The position numbers and the translations under genes are program-made. Under the pieces are notes generated by a model that was not told the DNA's origin, ran no database searches, and saw only the letters and a program-made list of their open reading frames with translations. Of a DNA stretch of 64,000 bases, positions 47,776-60,642 are shown one piece after another. The stretch is from Camelus ferus (Eukaryota): the NCBI RefSeq assembly GCF_009834535.1, contig NC_045697.1, forward strand, positions 45,200,001 to 45,264,000. The letters are read 5' to 3'. Every line of letters begins with the position of its first letter. Within the stretch, counting starts at the first letter, position 1.

Positions 47776-50714
47776 GACACCTAAGGGAAATCTTTCTGAG
47801 TATCCAGGAGGTAGAAGAAACATTGTGGGGAAAAGGCAGAAACACAGGGGGACCTGGGAAAGTTCTTCAAGCAGACAGAAAGATAAAGACGGGCAACTAG
47901 GAGAAGAGAAGGCTTTGTGGCTTCCTCAAGTCTGGGGAGCATAGCCAAGCTAAAGGAATGTGCCTTCTGCCTCAGGAGAGGTCCTCCACCTATTTCTGTT
48001 TCCCAGTTTCTCAAGTATGATGGACACAGAGTTGTAGTCTCACCCTTATTTTTTTTTTAATTAAAAAAATTTATGAGGTGTGCTCATGACTTCATAGTTC
48101 AATGGAGAGCAGTTTATTTCTCCAACTAACATCTGTAGAGTTGAGTTGTAAATCTGTATCTGGTGTGTTCAGTTACCTCCACTCACATGGCAGACACGCA
48201 AGTATTTTTGGCTTCTGATCAAATAAATTGGAAGATTCTCCTATTTATGGCCCTCTTAAATATATATTCTACATTATTTGTGGGAAAAAGGCAGATGCTC
48301 AAGTGCCAATTAAATCCAAGGAAAAATACTACGTCATTTTTATCTTTTTGGCAGTTATTCCTTACAAAGAGAATGTCTGTTATGCATTGCCCTTCAAAAG
48401 AGAAGGAATCATTGGAAGGCTTACAGGGTGCCAAACATTTCAGACTTTTCAGGAAAATATTGAAATAGTACATGCTTGAAATAGGCATTTCAGACTCTGA
48501 AGAAAAATTAAACTTTTTCTAGAAAGAGACATGGGTTAAAGGCTGCCTTTGGGATTTTGTGCCCCTAATTATTTCTGATTAGTTATGTGTGCATGATGTG
48601 TGTGTCCCACGTCAACCACTTAATTCTTCCCCTGAGATCAGGTCCTCAGTCATCAAAAGTCAAGATCCTCCAGTCAGGAAGAAATGGAAACCGTTTTATT
48701 CACAATGACATAGGGGATATAAAAGATATAATAAAAAGGGAGGATTTTAAGTAAGAGAGTTAAAGGCATATAACATAATCTCTTTACCATTTTTAAGCAG
48801 AGAAGGAATTTTTAAATCTATAAATTTATGATTTTACATGAAACTTACATATGGGCTCAGATTCAGAAAAGTAGTTATGTCAGGTTTCCTCATTTAATGC
48901 TTTTTCCTGTCCCTCCAGCTCTCTCCTCTCTCCCAGAAAATACGGATCTCTGTCTCAGAAGAGGCTCCCAGACCACAGACACTCAGTGGATAAGTGCACC
49001 TTCACTTTCCCTGTCGTGATTTGTTCTTCTCACTGTCTTTTGGGGCTGTTAGCCCATCAAAAACGTTTGTTGAACTTGGAAAAGTGCCAGGATTTGGATG
49101 AGTCTCGAAAATAATTGTAATAGTTTTTTCTCCTCCTTGTTTTCGGTTTTTAACAACAAAAAAAGTCATGCTCCAGGAGCCACTGAATGGAAAAGCAAAC
49201 TAACAAGCAACAAAACACCCCGAAATATAAATTCTAGTGGAATCCCTTATTTACCGATTATGTGTCCGGGTTGAGCAAATCTTTGGCTAATGCAAGTAGA
49301 GAAAACTGGACTGCATTTTCAGCAGATAAAATACATTAATTTGTGAATAAATAAAACTAATCGTCACTAGTATCAGAGACAGATGGACATCTTTGTTTCT
49401 TTAAATGTATAAATATTTAAAGATATTTTAAAATACATATATATTTTTTAGTCATAAGATTTTTTTCTTATGAAATGTTGTCATTGGTTACCTTTGTTGG
49501 TGAACACTCCCTAGCCCTGATCTGCAAGCGGAATGACTTCCCTGTCCTCCACGTGGTAATTTTTGTCAATTCTTTTGAAATATAAACATAGTTACATGCA
49601 GTTATATGATTCTGCATGCCTTCTGACAACAAAGCAAATCTCCCCCCATGATGGCTGACTTCTAAATTTTTCAAATTTTCCAACACTGTGACCGGGTGAG
49701 GTTTACACAAACCTTCACAGAAGGGCAAGCTTGACTACTCAGGTTTGCCTTCTTCAGCTGGGGTCAGTGTTTTATGTTTCTCTTTCTTCCCAGGCCACCC
49801 CTTCCTCCCTTCTCCAGTTACTAGCCTTCTCAGCCACAAGGTCCATATGCCTCCAAAGTGTTTATGGGGCACCTGCACCTGAGAATTTGATAAGGAATTC
49901 CTGCTGTGATAAAAAGTGCTCTTAGGTCAAACGTGTAGTGGTAAAATTAATTGTTTGGAGACTCTGTGTCTCAGGCCATCTATAAAAGCCGTATTATTTA
50001 CTGCCTAGGATACCACCTGTGCAATGCAGCTGTCTCAACCATTTTGCACACACACGCACACCCACACACACATACAGATCTACAGATTGAGAGAGAGAGA
50101 GAGAGAAATTATATTCAAGGGGAGGTTTTATTTGGGTTAAAGCCATACTCTCTGGAGGTTTTGTTTTCCCCCTAATTGAAAACATTTACAATGCCTCTGC
50201 CAAAGAAGCCCGAACACAGGCCAGCCTGGAGATGGGGCCCTCTTGCCTCTACACCATGAATCACTGATGATCGTGCCTCAAATCTAGTCCCAAGTATAAC
50301 GTTCTGCTTATCAAATAAAAATGGTAGCAAACAGCAGGGTCACTGAAGTGGCAGCTACTTGAGTCTCAGCCAAAGAATTGTCATTAGGCTTTTAGTCTCC
50401 AAATGTTTCATGGAAGTAGCCGAAGTGAGGCTGACGTTAAATATCTCGGGAAGCGTGGGGAAAGGTTTTTCCTAGTCTGCTCTCTGGTGCAAGGTTTGTG
50501 TCGCCACTCGGAATTTTCCTGCCCTCTACAGCCCACCTTCATTTCTCCTTGTAGATTTGCATAGTAACAAGGCCTTGTTCAGTTAATTTATCTCAATTAA
50601 TTTATAATGCTTAAGTTAGCTTATCTCTGAGATCTAGGATACAAATGGAGCAAAGACCTTTCTCAGGCCCAAAGATGGGAGGCTGAGGAGGCTACTATTT
50701 TTTTCAGCCTAGAT

Positions 50715-50900
50715 CAGGGCTTGGCAAACTGCAGACCGCAGGACAAATCTGGCCCTTGGCTTATTTTTGTAAATAAAGTTTTACTGGAACACAGCCAATC
50801 TCATTCATATGCAGAGTGTCTGTTGGCTGCTTTCAAGCTATAACAGCAGGGTTGGGAAGGCATGACAGTCCACAAAACCGAAGATACGAACTTTCTGGGG
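50715..50900 (-). mobile_element. MER58A-like hAT fossil
   Basis: CAGGGCTTGGCAAACTGCAG…TTTTTGTAAATAAAGTTTTACTGGAACACAGCCA. Confidence 0.78.
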
Positions 50901-51493
50901 GTTAATGTTTGAGGACTTTCCTGGGTGTTGGACACAAGCAAGCAAGTGGCCAAGACTCCTGAGCCTGTGGAATAAAATATGTGATAAATGATGGCAGCAG
51001 GACAAATCAGGCCTTGGTATAAGTCAGTAGTGAGCTGTCTATGAGAACTTAAGCACCCTGAGTTTATCTAAATGTGGAGAGAATATTTTGAATGCTATTT
51101 CCCAAATGCTATTGCATAGACTCTTAGTGTCTTTCAAAAGTGAAATCATTTCATGGTCAAGGGATTCCCTCGGGGAAGTTAGTTTGTTAAACACTTGGGC
51201 TAAACACAGCTCAAGAGTTTTCTTTACTCCAGGACGTATAATTCACAAATGGATTGTGGAATACAAGAGGAATATAATTTGTACAGTGTTTTTCCGTCTT
51301 ACTTGCAAGAGAAACCTTTCTCTTGGAACAGCTAGAAATACCTTATGAGCTACATTTTTCTCATGGAATACAGCCCCATCCTCTCCAGGGTCTCAACACC
51401 CATGAAATTTGAGTGTTCTCTTTTTTCAAATATCGCCTGCATCCCTGGTTATTCTGGGTTCTTTCCTGAGATTGTCCAGACTTCTACTTATTC

Positions 51494-51562
51494 ATTTTTT
51501 TTTATTGAAGTATAGTTGATTTACAATGTGGTGTTAGTTTCTGATGCACAGCATAGTGATTC

Positions 51563-51618
<56 letters not shown>

Positions 51619-51619
51619 A

Positions 51620-51650
<31 letters not shown>

Positions 51651-51810
51651 GTCATTATGGTTATTGCAGGATATTGAATATAGGTCCCTGTGCTATACAA
51701 TAGGACCTTGTTGTTTATCTATTTTATATATAATAGTTTGTATCTGCTAATCCCAAACTCCTAATTTCTCTCTCCCCACCTCCTTCCCCTTTGGTTACTG
51801 TCAGTTTGTT
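51494..51810 (-). mobile_element. 5'-truncated L1 3' end with TSD and an internal microsatellite
   Basis: 17-bp TSD CAGACTTCTACT(t/c)ATTC (51477-51493 / 51811-51827). Confidence 0.92.
51565..51650. repeat. Compound microsatellite (AT)25 followed by an imperfect (CA)n
   Basis: Read directly. Confidence 0.97.
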
Positions 51811-52712
51811 CAGACTTCTACTCATTCTAATAAATGAAGTTCGTCATTTGTCGGGGAGGAGGGGGAAGAGTCCCCAGGACCACGCTCTGCAGTACCGGTG
51901 TGTGTTGACTGGCCACTGCCCTCACCCTGTGGGTTGCTAATATTTTGAACATCACTATCCAAATTCCAGCATGAATAGGTCGATTTTCTAGGCCACTAAA
52001 AAGCGTCTTGCCTGCCACGATGTCAATGTCACAGCATCACTGAAGTCAGATAGATTGTGTGACACACCAAGCTCCACGACATCAGGACCGTTGCTTAAAT
52101 GGGGGCTTGGAAGTTCACAACAATGGCCGAAATTCTCTGGCAGGTACATTATTTCTCCCAGCCAAGTAAACATGGCGTAACGTACGTGACAAGGAAGGTA
52201 TCGTGGGGATCATGAAGTATTCTCTAAAATGTTGGAAAAAAGGGTAAAGTTTGGAATTTTAGTGATTGTCAGTAACAAACTGGCGTCACACCTGAGAAGT
52301 GATTAACCCACATCAGTATGTTAAGAAGTGTTGGTCTGATGGGGGTCTCAGACTATTCAACAGCCATTGTAATGTGATGGATAAATGCTGTTTTGGTTAG
52401 AAGCACAGAGCTGGGTACCTCAGCTGGACTTAGGTGGATGGAATTGGTCATAAAATGTTTTCTGAAGGAGACATGTGAGCCAAGTCTTAAAGTAGGAGCT
52501 GGTTAGGATGGGAAAGGGGACGAGAGAGGGTGTTCCAGGGAGAAGGAGCAGGGTATTCTGAGCTCAGTTCTGTTTCTCATGCTCTTTCCCCTCCCATTCC
52601 TACCTCAGAAACTACCTGTGTTAAACCTCCAGCTTACAGGCTATGTTTGGCTTTAAACTCCCTCAGGCCCTCACCCTGCTGGCTCTCGGCTTTGTGCTAC
52701 TGCAGACTTCGG

Positions 52713-53266
52713 TACAGTAGGGGAGGGAAAATGATTTTCCCTCTACCCTTCTGAGTTCTTGGTTGAGACCCCTGTAATAAAAGACAGGTTAACAAGAGAA
52801 AAACGAGCAGGAGTTTACTAACATACACACCTCATGTATACATGATGGGATGCCCAGAGGAACATGAGCAAATCCCCAAGGTGGCTTAGAATTTAGGATT
52901 AAACACCATCTTAGTAGGGGAAGCAGAGGGAGAATGTAGGCCTCGTAGGGGAGAATACATGATTTTTAGGTAAAATGAATGGGCTCCTAGAGGGACAGAT
53001 GCGAGTGTGATGGCTGTGACATTTGTCTGGCTGTGGTGTCACTTCCAGTCTCCGCTCCCGGGGTGAGAGTCAGTCTTCCCTGGTCGATGAGACTCCCCAG
53101 CAGGGATCTGTGACAGCTGAGTGTCTTTTGGAGGATCTGTGTTTAGGCAGACAAGGGAAGTTCAGAGAAAGCCTCTCCCTGCATTTGCTGTTTTTCAGGT
53201 GCCTTTAGCTCAAAGCCATCAACATACCAAAGCGGCATCTTTTGGGGGTAGCACGTTCCACCCTTC
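52713..53266 (-). mobile_element. MER34-like ERV1 solo LTR
   Basis: Reverse complement begins GAAGGGTGGAACGTGCTACCCCCAAAAGATGCCGCTTTGGTATGTTGAT…TTTGAGCTAAAGGCA, MER34-family-like. Confidence 0.75.
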
Positions 53267-55266
53267 CGTACTCCCCTTGTGCACTCCCGTGGACTTCTTA
53301 GAATTATTATATGCATACACCTGTCTTCTCTCTCCTATTGTGCTGTAATCTCTTTGAAAGCAACGTCTCATGATCTTTTTACATACTCACCAATACTGTG
53401 TATGTTGTATGAGCTTAAAAAATTTTTATAAAATTGAGTCGGGGAAAGTCCCCATTCATCTGCTCTCATTTGCTTAAGATTCAAAAGTGGATAAGTAAAA
53501 TAGATCAGTAGAAAAGATAAGTCTTCTTTCTTCATCGTCTGCTGGATTCTCTTGCCACATTCCTTTTGGAACTCTTGGAGAGAGTGAGGTAATGCCTTTC
53601 ATGCCTAAGGCACAATGGATGGTATACTTTATACAAAGTGAATGTGTTCTTGGAAGGGAAGTCCTATAATTGCCTGCATCTTGAGAATCTGATATAATTT
53701 CATAGACCAAAAATATTTTTGGCTAATTTTATTATTCACTTATTATATTTGGCTTATACTCTTTGGCTAAACATGAATTTGGAAAACAAAGAAGGGATAA
53801 ATCCCAAATTGGATGAGTCAACATTTCTCATTGTAAACTTGATTTTATTATCTTGTTTATTTTTATCACCCAAAGATATAGCTCCACCAACTGGTTTGGC
53901 AAGCCCACATCAAATCAGCAAAAATGAGGCGTTAGTTCTTTCTTAGGGTTTCCTAAGAAGCTTCTTAAAGATTTCTGAGGACTTCACACTCAAAGCACAT
54001 TAAGTGGTTACCAAAAGAGCTACTTATCGTGTGTTAGGTGCTGTTCTGAGAGCATTAAGATATAATTTTAGTCAAATCTCTTTTGACTGCTAAGTAACAG
54101 AAACCTGTTTCCAACTATTCAGTGTGTAAGGGGATTCAATGTGAGTCCAGTGAGTTAACTCACGGATACAAGGTCAGGAAGTTACTGAATACAGTGAAGA
54201 GCGGGGTCTAGGAACTGGACAGCTGTCAGGAGCCCAGGGGAGGTGTCCTTCCACTTTAGTTTTTCATCCCTTTCATCTCTCTCTCTTCCTCTGTGGGCAG
54301 CCTTTCCTGCTTGGCATGCAAAAGGCTAAATATCACCACCCGCTTTTATCTCCTCAGGTCGAGTAACCAACTTAGATATCCCAGGTTTTCTTACTGCTAC
54401 GCCAAGACTGTGGGAAGATTTGTGTGGATGAGTTACTTTCTCTTGAGTAATGGGGGTGGGGCTACTGTCACACAGTTCCAGTGTGGCTGCTGTGATCCCC
54501 TCGGCTCCTGGGTAGGTTGGAACAGACAGTGCAAAGCTTGTCTATGACACAGGTGCCGCTTAGTATGACAGCAGCCCTACGGGGCAGCTATTATCATTTC
54601 CGTCTTACTGAAGAGGAAACTGAAGTTCAGAGGGACTGAAGGACTTCCTCCAGTCACAAAGTCAAGATCCCAAATCGAGCATGTCTGATCCAAATCTGTT
54701 GTCATCTATTTCCTCCCTGTTCTGGCTAGAAAACAATTTGCTTCATACAGGAGACCATAACATACTTGGGCAAAGTAGACGGAATACACGTCTGATATCA
54801 TAGGGATTGTGATGGTAGGCTAGCCATCCCCTCCTTTTATCCCCTTTCTCAACCAGAAGCAGAACCAGAGGAACACAAGGACCATTTTCCTGGGACTCAT
54901 CTTAAAGGGATGCGGCAGAGCCCCTGGTGCAGAACAGCCTGGGCTTGGGCAATGCAGGGGTGTCTACCGTGCCTTCTGATTTCAGAGGCTACCTCTCCTC
55001 TCAGAGTCTGGCTGAATCACGAATATATTCAGAAGCATGTAAAACATACATAGCTATAAATTTTAAAAGATGTTATCTGGAAGCCAAGATTCAGAAATCA
55101 GCCTGATTTTTCTTCTTGTCCATGTTTAACAAAATATATCTTCACACACAGAAAAAAGCAGAACAGCCTTGCATTATTTAGCAGCGTAAATGGGCTCCTG
55201 AGAGTGTCTTATATTCGTCATTCTTTGGTCCCTGAAAAGCCTGAAAATCGGGTTTCTTGTGGTCTT

Positions 55267-55334
55267 CCTTCCTTCCTTCCTTCCTTTCTCTTTCTTTCCT
55301 TCCTTCCTTTCTCTTTCTTTCCTTCCTTCCTTTC

Positions 55335-55409
<75 letters not shown>

Positions 55410-55575
55410 CTCTCTCTCTCTCTCTCTCTTCCTTCCTTCCTTCCTTCCTTTCTCTTTCTTTCCCTCTTTCTTTCTTTCTTTTTCTTTCTTTCTTAAATGG
55501 AGGTATTGGAGAATTGAACCCAGGACCTCATGCATGCTAAACATTGCACCCTACTACTGAGCTATACCCTCCCCA
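55267..55575 (-). mobile_element. Vic-1-like SINE whose tail has expanded into a ~230-bp (GAAA)n/(GGAA)n/(GA)n tract
   Basis: SINE body at ~55495-55575 (reverse complement GGGGAGGGTATAGCTCAGTAGTAG…). Flanking repeat TGTGGTCTT / TATGGTCTT. Confidence 0.85.
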
Positions 55576-56356
55576 CACCCATATGGTCTTAATTAGGGGT
55601 CTCACTCACTCTAGGTTTTGCTCCCTTTCATGTAAGCAGGATTTATCAGTGGATGTGTGACACTCAACTAGACAAAAATTACACCTTCTTGTCCGCCTTC
55701 ACTCTGTCCTCTCCTTGCCCGTATTTCCCCCAGAGGAACGTCTATGTATTTTCGGCTCTCTCAACAGGCAATTTTCTCCTGTTTATTTCTTGCCTTTGCA
55801 ATGTTTTCTCTCTTTCATTCCTTTTTAAATCCAAGGTGTCACAATACATTAGCTTCCTTCTAAAATGTTACACTTGGTTATTTATCCTTTTTAAATTAGA
55901 GTTTGTATAAAGCGATTCAGGGATGTAATTTACCCATGCGGTTGTTAGGCACGTTTCTGTCATTCCCGCCTGAGCTCCCAGCCTCCCTGGGAGACCTTTC
56001 TAAACATCTGTCCTGAAGTTCACCTTGGGGAATCCTCCAGTGACACCTCACCACTTCTGTGATACCTCCAGACCCTTCATCTGCCTTGCAAAGCATGTAG
56101 GCAGCAAATCACAGCCACCCAACGATTGCAAAATGCAGACTTTCATCTGCATGGTCTGGGAATTCTCAGTCAGCAACTGCCGATTAAGCACTTGCTTATG
56201 TGGCCCTCAGCGCTGTGTGGAAAGCTCTGGTGAACAGGGGAGAGAAAGAAAAAAAAAAGGAACACACAGGTCTTGTTCTGAGGAAGATTACAATCTCATA
56301 GAGACAATATGAAGTCACAAAAGGACAGCTAACAGTAAGAGGCAGTAGACAGCAAG

Positions 56357-56360
<4 letters not shown>

Positions 56361-56408
<48 letters not shown>
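56361..56408. repeat. (GA)24 microsatellite
   Basis: Read directly. Confidence 0.97.
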
Positions 56409-56410
<2 letters not shown>

Positions 56411-56764
56411 TTGTCATTAGCAGGTTTTAGAGACCAGAGGAGGAGAAAGGCACTTCTTTTCGGGGCGCGGGGAGGGCACAGGGGAGAGCCGGGGAAGAGT
56501 GATGTTCAAAAGGCAGAAAAGCATGGGCCTTGTTCAGTAGAATGTGCTAGGCACTTTCTCTAAAAGGAAGGATCTGGGGCAGATGAGTGGGAGAGGAAGC
56601 TGTGGTAGTATTTGGGACAACTTGGGAACAGGACTTGAGCTTTAAAAAAAGAAAAATTGGGATTTATCCTAAGACAACCCCAAATTAAATTCATGAATAT
56701 GGTACAGTATGATCTCTCATTTGCCCTTTCTCTATTCTCTCTCTCTCTTTCCATTTATTTTATA

Positions 56765-57004
56765 CAGTTGACCCTTAAACAACATGAATTTGAACTGTGC
56801 AAATTCACTTATATGCAGATTTTTTTCAATAGTATAAATCCATGATGTTACACAATTTGCAGTTGGCTGACCCTGTGAAGGCAAAACCCAAGATGCAGGG
56901 GAACCACAGACATGGAGGCTGAATAAAGTTACACACGGATTTTTGTGTGGAGGGCTGGTGCTCCCAACCCCAACCCCACCCCTGCAGTGTTCAAGGGTCA
57001 GCTG
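56765..57004 (+). mobile_element. Tigger2-derived non-autonomous element (~240 bp)
   Basis: TIRs CAGTTGACCCTTAAACA … TGTTCAAGGGTCAGCTG, with TA immediately upstream. Confidence 0.85.
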
Positions 57005-58519
57005 TTTATGTATAGAGAACTAGAATAATATTCATCAAATACTAAAAATGTTTATTATTAGGTGGTAAGATTTGGGATCATCTGTGGTTTTCCTTTTTTG
57101 TACTTTCTTTTATTGCTAGAAAATTTTTTTATCATGAATGTGTATCATTTTTATAAAAATGGTAAAGTCATCACTTTAAAGAAGTATAGATGTAAAGTTA
57201 CTTGCAAGGAAGTTGCAAAATGATGTCCCAAGCCTTATGTGCAGGTCACAGGGAGGCTGTGCACCCTCCCTGCACATAACGACTCCAGGTGATGGTGGGA
57301 AAGTCTTCAGTGACTTTTTTGTGAGAGTTTTTAAACTTTTTCACCTCTGAGGCCAAGTCAAATGATTGAACTGGCCGAAAAGTGAAAATTGAAGTCTAAT
57401 TCTTTAACATCAGCAAGTCAAATGGTATCAATCATCTCAGTAATTTTCTAAGCTTTTTAAAACAAGTCTGAGATTCACACATCCAACTTTCCACTTGGCC
57501 TCTTTCTATCCAAGGGAAAATAGAAAAATTAATAGGCACACATTAAATGACATACGCACTAAAACATTTTTAACTGTATCAGTTTACTTGGGATTTCTCC
57601 ACCTACTCACCCACAGTGTCTTGCAGAGCTGCTGAAGAGGCCCCCGGCACCCCCGTAGCGTGGTGATTGCAGACTCTGAGTGCGCACCTGACTTGAGGAG
57701 AATGAACAAGACTGCACCATTCAGCCCCAAAGCAACAGTGACTGCAGACATCACACTGCAGGTCAGAGGGAGAGAGAGGTTATAATAGATTCACATGTTT
57801 TTTAAGTCAGAAGGCATAGTAGGACTTTGTTCTAGTCATAAGGCATTTAAAAAGTTCAACGGGGTTTTGAGAAAATATACACTTGTTTCTAACAAAGTCT
57901 GTTATTGCACAGTTTCATTTACATTGTCAGTCACACATTCAGCAAAACATTTCACCAAGACTTGCAGTCTTGCCTTCATAGGTTACTGCCTAAGTAAGAG
58001 CCTCAAATACATCCCACTCTCGACTTGTAACATTATTTTGTCCTATACCCCAGTGCCGGCAATTTGTGGCACTCTATAAATTTCAACACTTGATACGTGC
58101 TCTGCTTTTTGATCGATATTTAAATTTGATTCGTCAAACAACACTTAGGTGATTATGAGACTGAGAAAGGAAAAAAACGGAGACACTTCTGGAACCCACA
58201 TAGGATTGTAAAATTTACTTCCTGAAGGATTAATATATGGAAGGTCGAGCCAGTGAGGACAGTGAGTATCACATGGGCTTTGTAAGGAGATTTTTCATTT
58301 ACTGAAAACAATATAAAGAAAAACTCTGACTCTTAACTGAAGATCTGGATGTTTGTTTCAGGTTTTTGGTGTGCTTTGTTAGAAAAGGGGGCCCATTCAT
58401 AGAATAATTGTATTTTAGAGCTGGAAAGGACCTAAGAAATAATTTCACTCAACTTTTTGAGGGCGAGAGCAAATGACACATTATCTATGATACTTTCTCA
58501 TTCTCCAGTGAGAATTAAT

Positions 58520-58940
58520 CTTTAAAAACTTATTTATGATTATCAAACAATTAGATGCACACAAAAGAAAATCTGATGAACAAAGCCTTATTTAAATCTG
58601 ATCTATTTCCTTCCAGAATATTTCCATATACCTATTAGATAGTGTCTTATCACAATATCCTTAAAATTAAAAAAAAAATTATTGTGTGACATGCCATCAC
58701 ATGGACGAACCATAATTGATTTAGTAGTTTCAGTACATTTTTGGACATTAAGATTTTTTCTGAACTTTTATTATGATAAACAAAGCTATGATTACTTCTC
58801 TTTGTATGCACCTCTGATTGTATTTCAGGATTAATTTAAAGAGGTGGAATTCTTGTTGAAAGGCAAAGACGTAGTCTGCTTTTCAGAAAATGCACACAAT
58901 AGTAGTAAACGAAGATGCCTGTTTATCTTACTTGTCCGCA
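58520..58940 (-). mobile_element. Ancient L1 (L1ME-like) fragment
   Basis: CATGGACGAACCATAATTGATTTA…TTGGACATTAAGATT…TATGATAAACAAAGCTATGAT are degenerate L1 ORF2-end motifs. Confidence 0.6.
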
Positions 58941-59004
58941 GCACGTTATGCTTTCATGAAGGTGCAAGTCATGTTGCTTCTGATGCTATAATTACTTGAG
59001 GATG

Positions 59005-59140
59005 TGGCTGCGTCATTATAGAGATAAGGAAACCAAGATCCAGATGGTGTGGTTGAGTCGCCCAAGTTCACATAATTGGTGGCAGAGCTAAAGTTAGAAC
59101 CAGGCTCCCTTGACTTCCCATCTGGTGCTCTTTTGCTATA
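59005..59140 (-). mobile_element. MIR SINE
   Basis: CATTATAGAGATAAGGAAACCAAGA…CCCAAGTTCACATAATTGGTGGCAGAGC…AGAACCAGG. Confidence 0.75.
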
Positions 59141-59319
59141 ATTCTTTACACATCCCTCAACCAAATATGCTTACTACCATGATGGCTCTAGCTGTACATT
59201 TTTATTCATTTCTAAGACATTTTTAGACAGACACTAAGATGTCAAGTGCTCAGTGTTTTCTGCTGTGCCTTTTCCTTTGTTTAGGAACTTGTCTCCCCCA
59301 CTCCCCCAATCCACGTACC

Positions 59320-59482
59320 AGAGATTTGAAACTTGTAACATTAGCACCATCTTGTTAGCTTGTTAGAAACGCAGAATCTCAGGCCCCATCCAAGTCAAGG
59401 CCCTACCCTGAATCCGAATCTGCATTTTAACCAGTTCCCCGGGGGGTTTATAGACACATTACAATTTGAGAAATATTGTGCT
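59320..59482. mobile_element. MER5A-like hAT fossil
   Basis: GCTTGTTAGAAACGCAGAATCTCAGGCCCCATCC…GAATCTGCATTTTAAC. Confidence 0.8.
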
Positions 59483-60516
59483 AAAACATTTGAGGCATCT
59501 CTCCTGCAGCGAGGTAGCCAATTTTTAAAAATCATCATAATAGAGAGAAATAAAAACGTGTATTAACACCTTAAATTGAATTGATGGATGATAATACCTT
59601 TCCCCCCAATATGGCTAAACAGTTCTCAGACAGTCATTCTCAGTTGGGCCATAATAACCAAAACCTTTGTTTCTTATACTGCAATGATATACTGAAGGAT
59701 TTTGTCTCTGGAAACCAACTTCTACCATAAAAACTGCAAAGCTGATTACAAAATAAATAAATATACAGAACAGAAATGAAAATTTTTAGATTATTATGAA
59801 AAATATTTATTTGGTAAAATCAAGCATCTTTTGCTGTCTTTTGAGGCTATTTTAGGGGCTGAACTGATGATATATCTTAAAGTACTCATCCAGTGAAGTT
59901 AGGAACATAATACAGATTTTTCCTCCCCTGGCAAACCGTTGTATTGCAAACAGAGGTATTCTTCATTGCTCCAGACTTCTAAATTTTATTCAGAATTTTG
60001 ACAATGGCTCTTAAAAAGTTGTTGCTAATTTGATGCATTGGATTGTTGGAGAAAATCTTTGAATGAGAAATACCAGGGGAGAGCTCAGGTCCTTTGGTAC
60101 CTTGTGGCCTCCTGCGTCCCACTCTTGGGTCACTCTTTAAGACGAGTTTCATTTTTCCTTTGGATGGCTCGTGTGTACTAGGGAAACTTGTAAACGGTTC
60201 CGAGGGTTTTTATAGATCTAGATCTCTATTCTGAGTCACTCCTCGGGGAGGTCCGATGCCCACCGGCTTCTCAGGCAGCTCTCTGAGGAAGCCTGATCTG
60301 CTGGCTGTGATGGAAAGAAAGGGAGGCAGCTGCAGAGTGCACAAACCCACTGCACAGTCTTCTTGAAACTTTCAAGGAGTCAGAAGAAAATGCTAGGTTC
60401 AAAGCTTTTGACGTCCAAAGAGTTGATGTAAAAGCACTCTTGAAATTTCAATAGTTAAAAAAACTTGTAACACAGAAATTATAGCAACTCCCAACTTTTG
60501 AGACATGTTTTTTCTT

Positions 60517-60642
60517 GGGGAGGGTATGGCTCAAATGGCAGAGTGTGTGCTTGGCATGTACAAGGTTCTGGGTTCAACCCCAAGTACCTCCATTAAAAAA
60601 ATTAATTAATAAAAATAAAATAAACCTAACTACCCCCTCAAA
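60517..60642 (+). mobile_element. Vic-1-like SINE with TSD
   Basis: GGGAGGGTATGGCTCAAATGGCAGAG…GGTTCAACCCC…. Imperfect TSD AGACATGTTTTTTCTT (60501-60516) / AGACATTTTTTTCTT (60643-60657). Confidence 0.88.

Noticed and set aside
55204..55560. Low-complexity ORFs (FLSF/ERKK repeats) on both strands
   Set aside because: They are translations of the (TTTC)n microsatellite and SINE, not genes.
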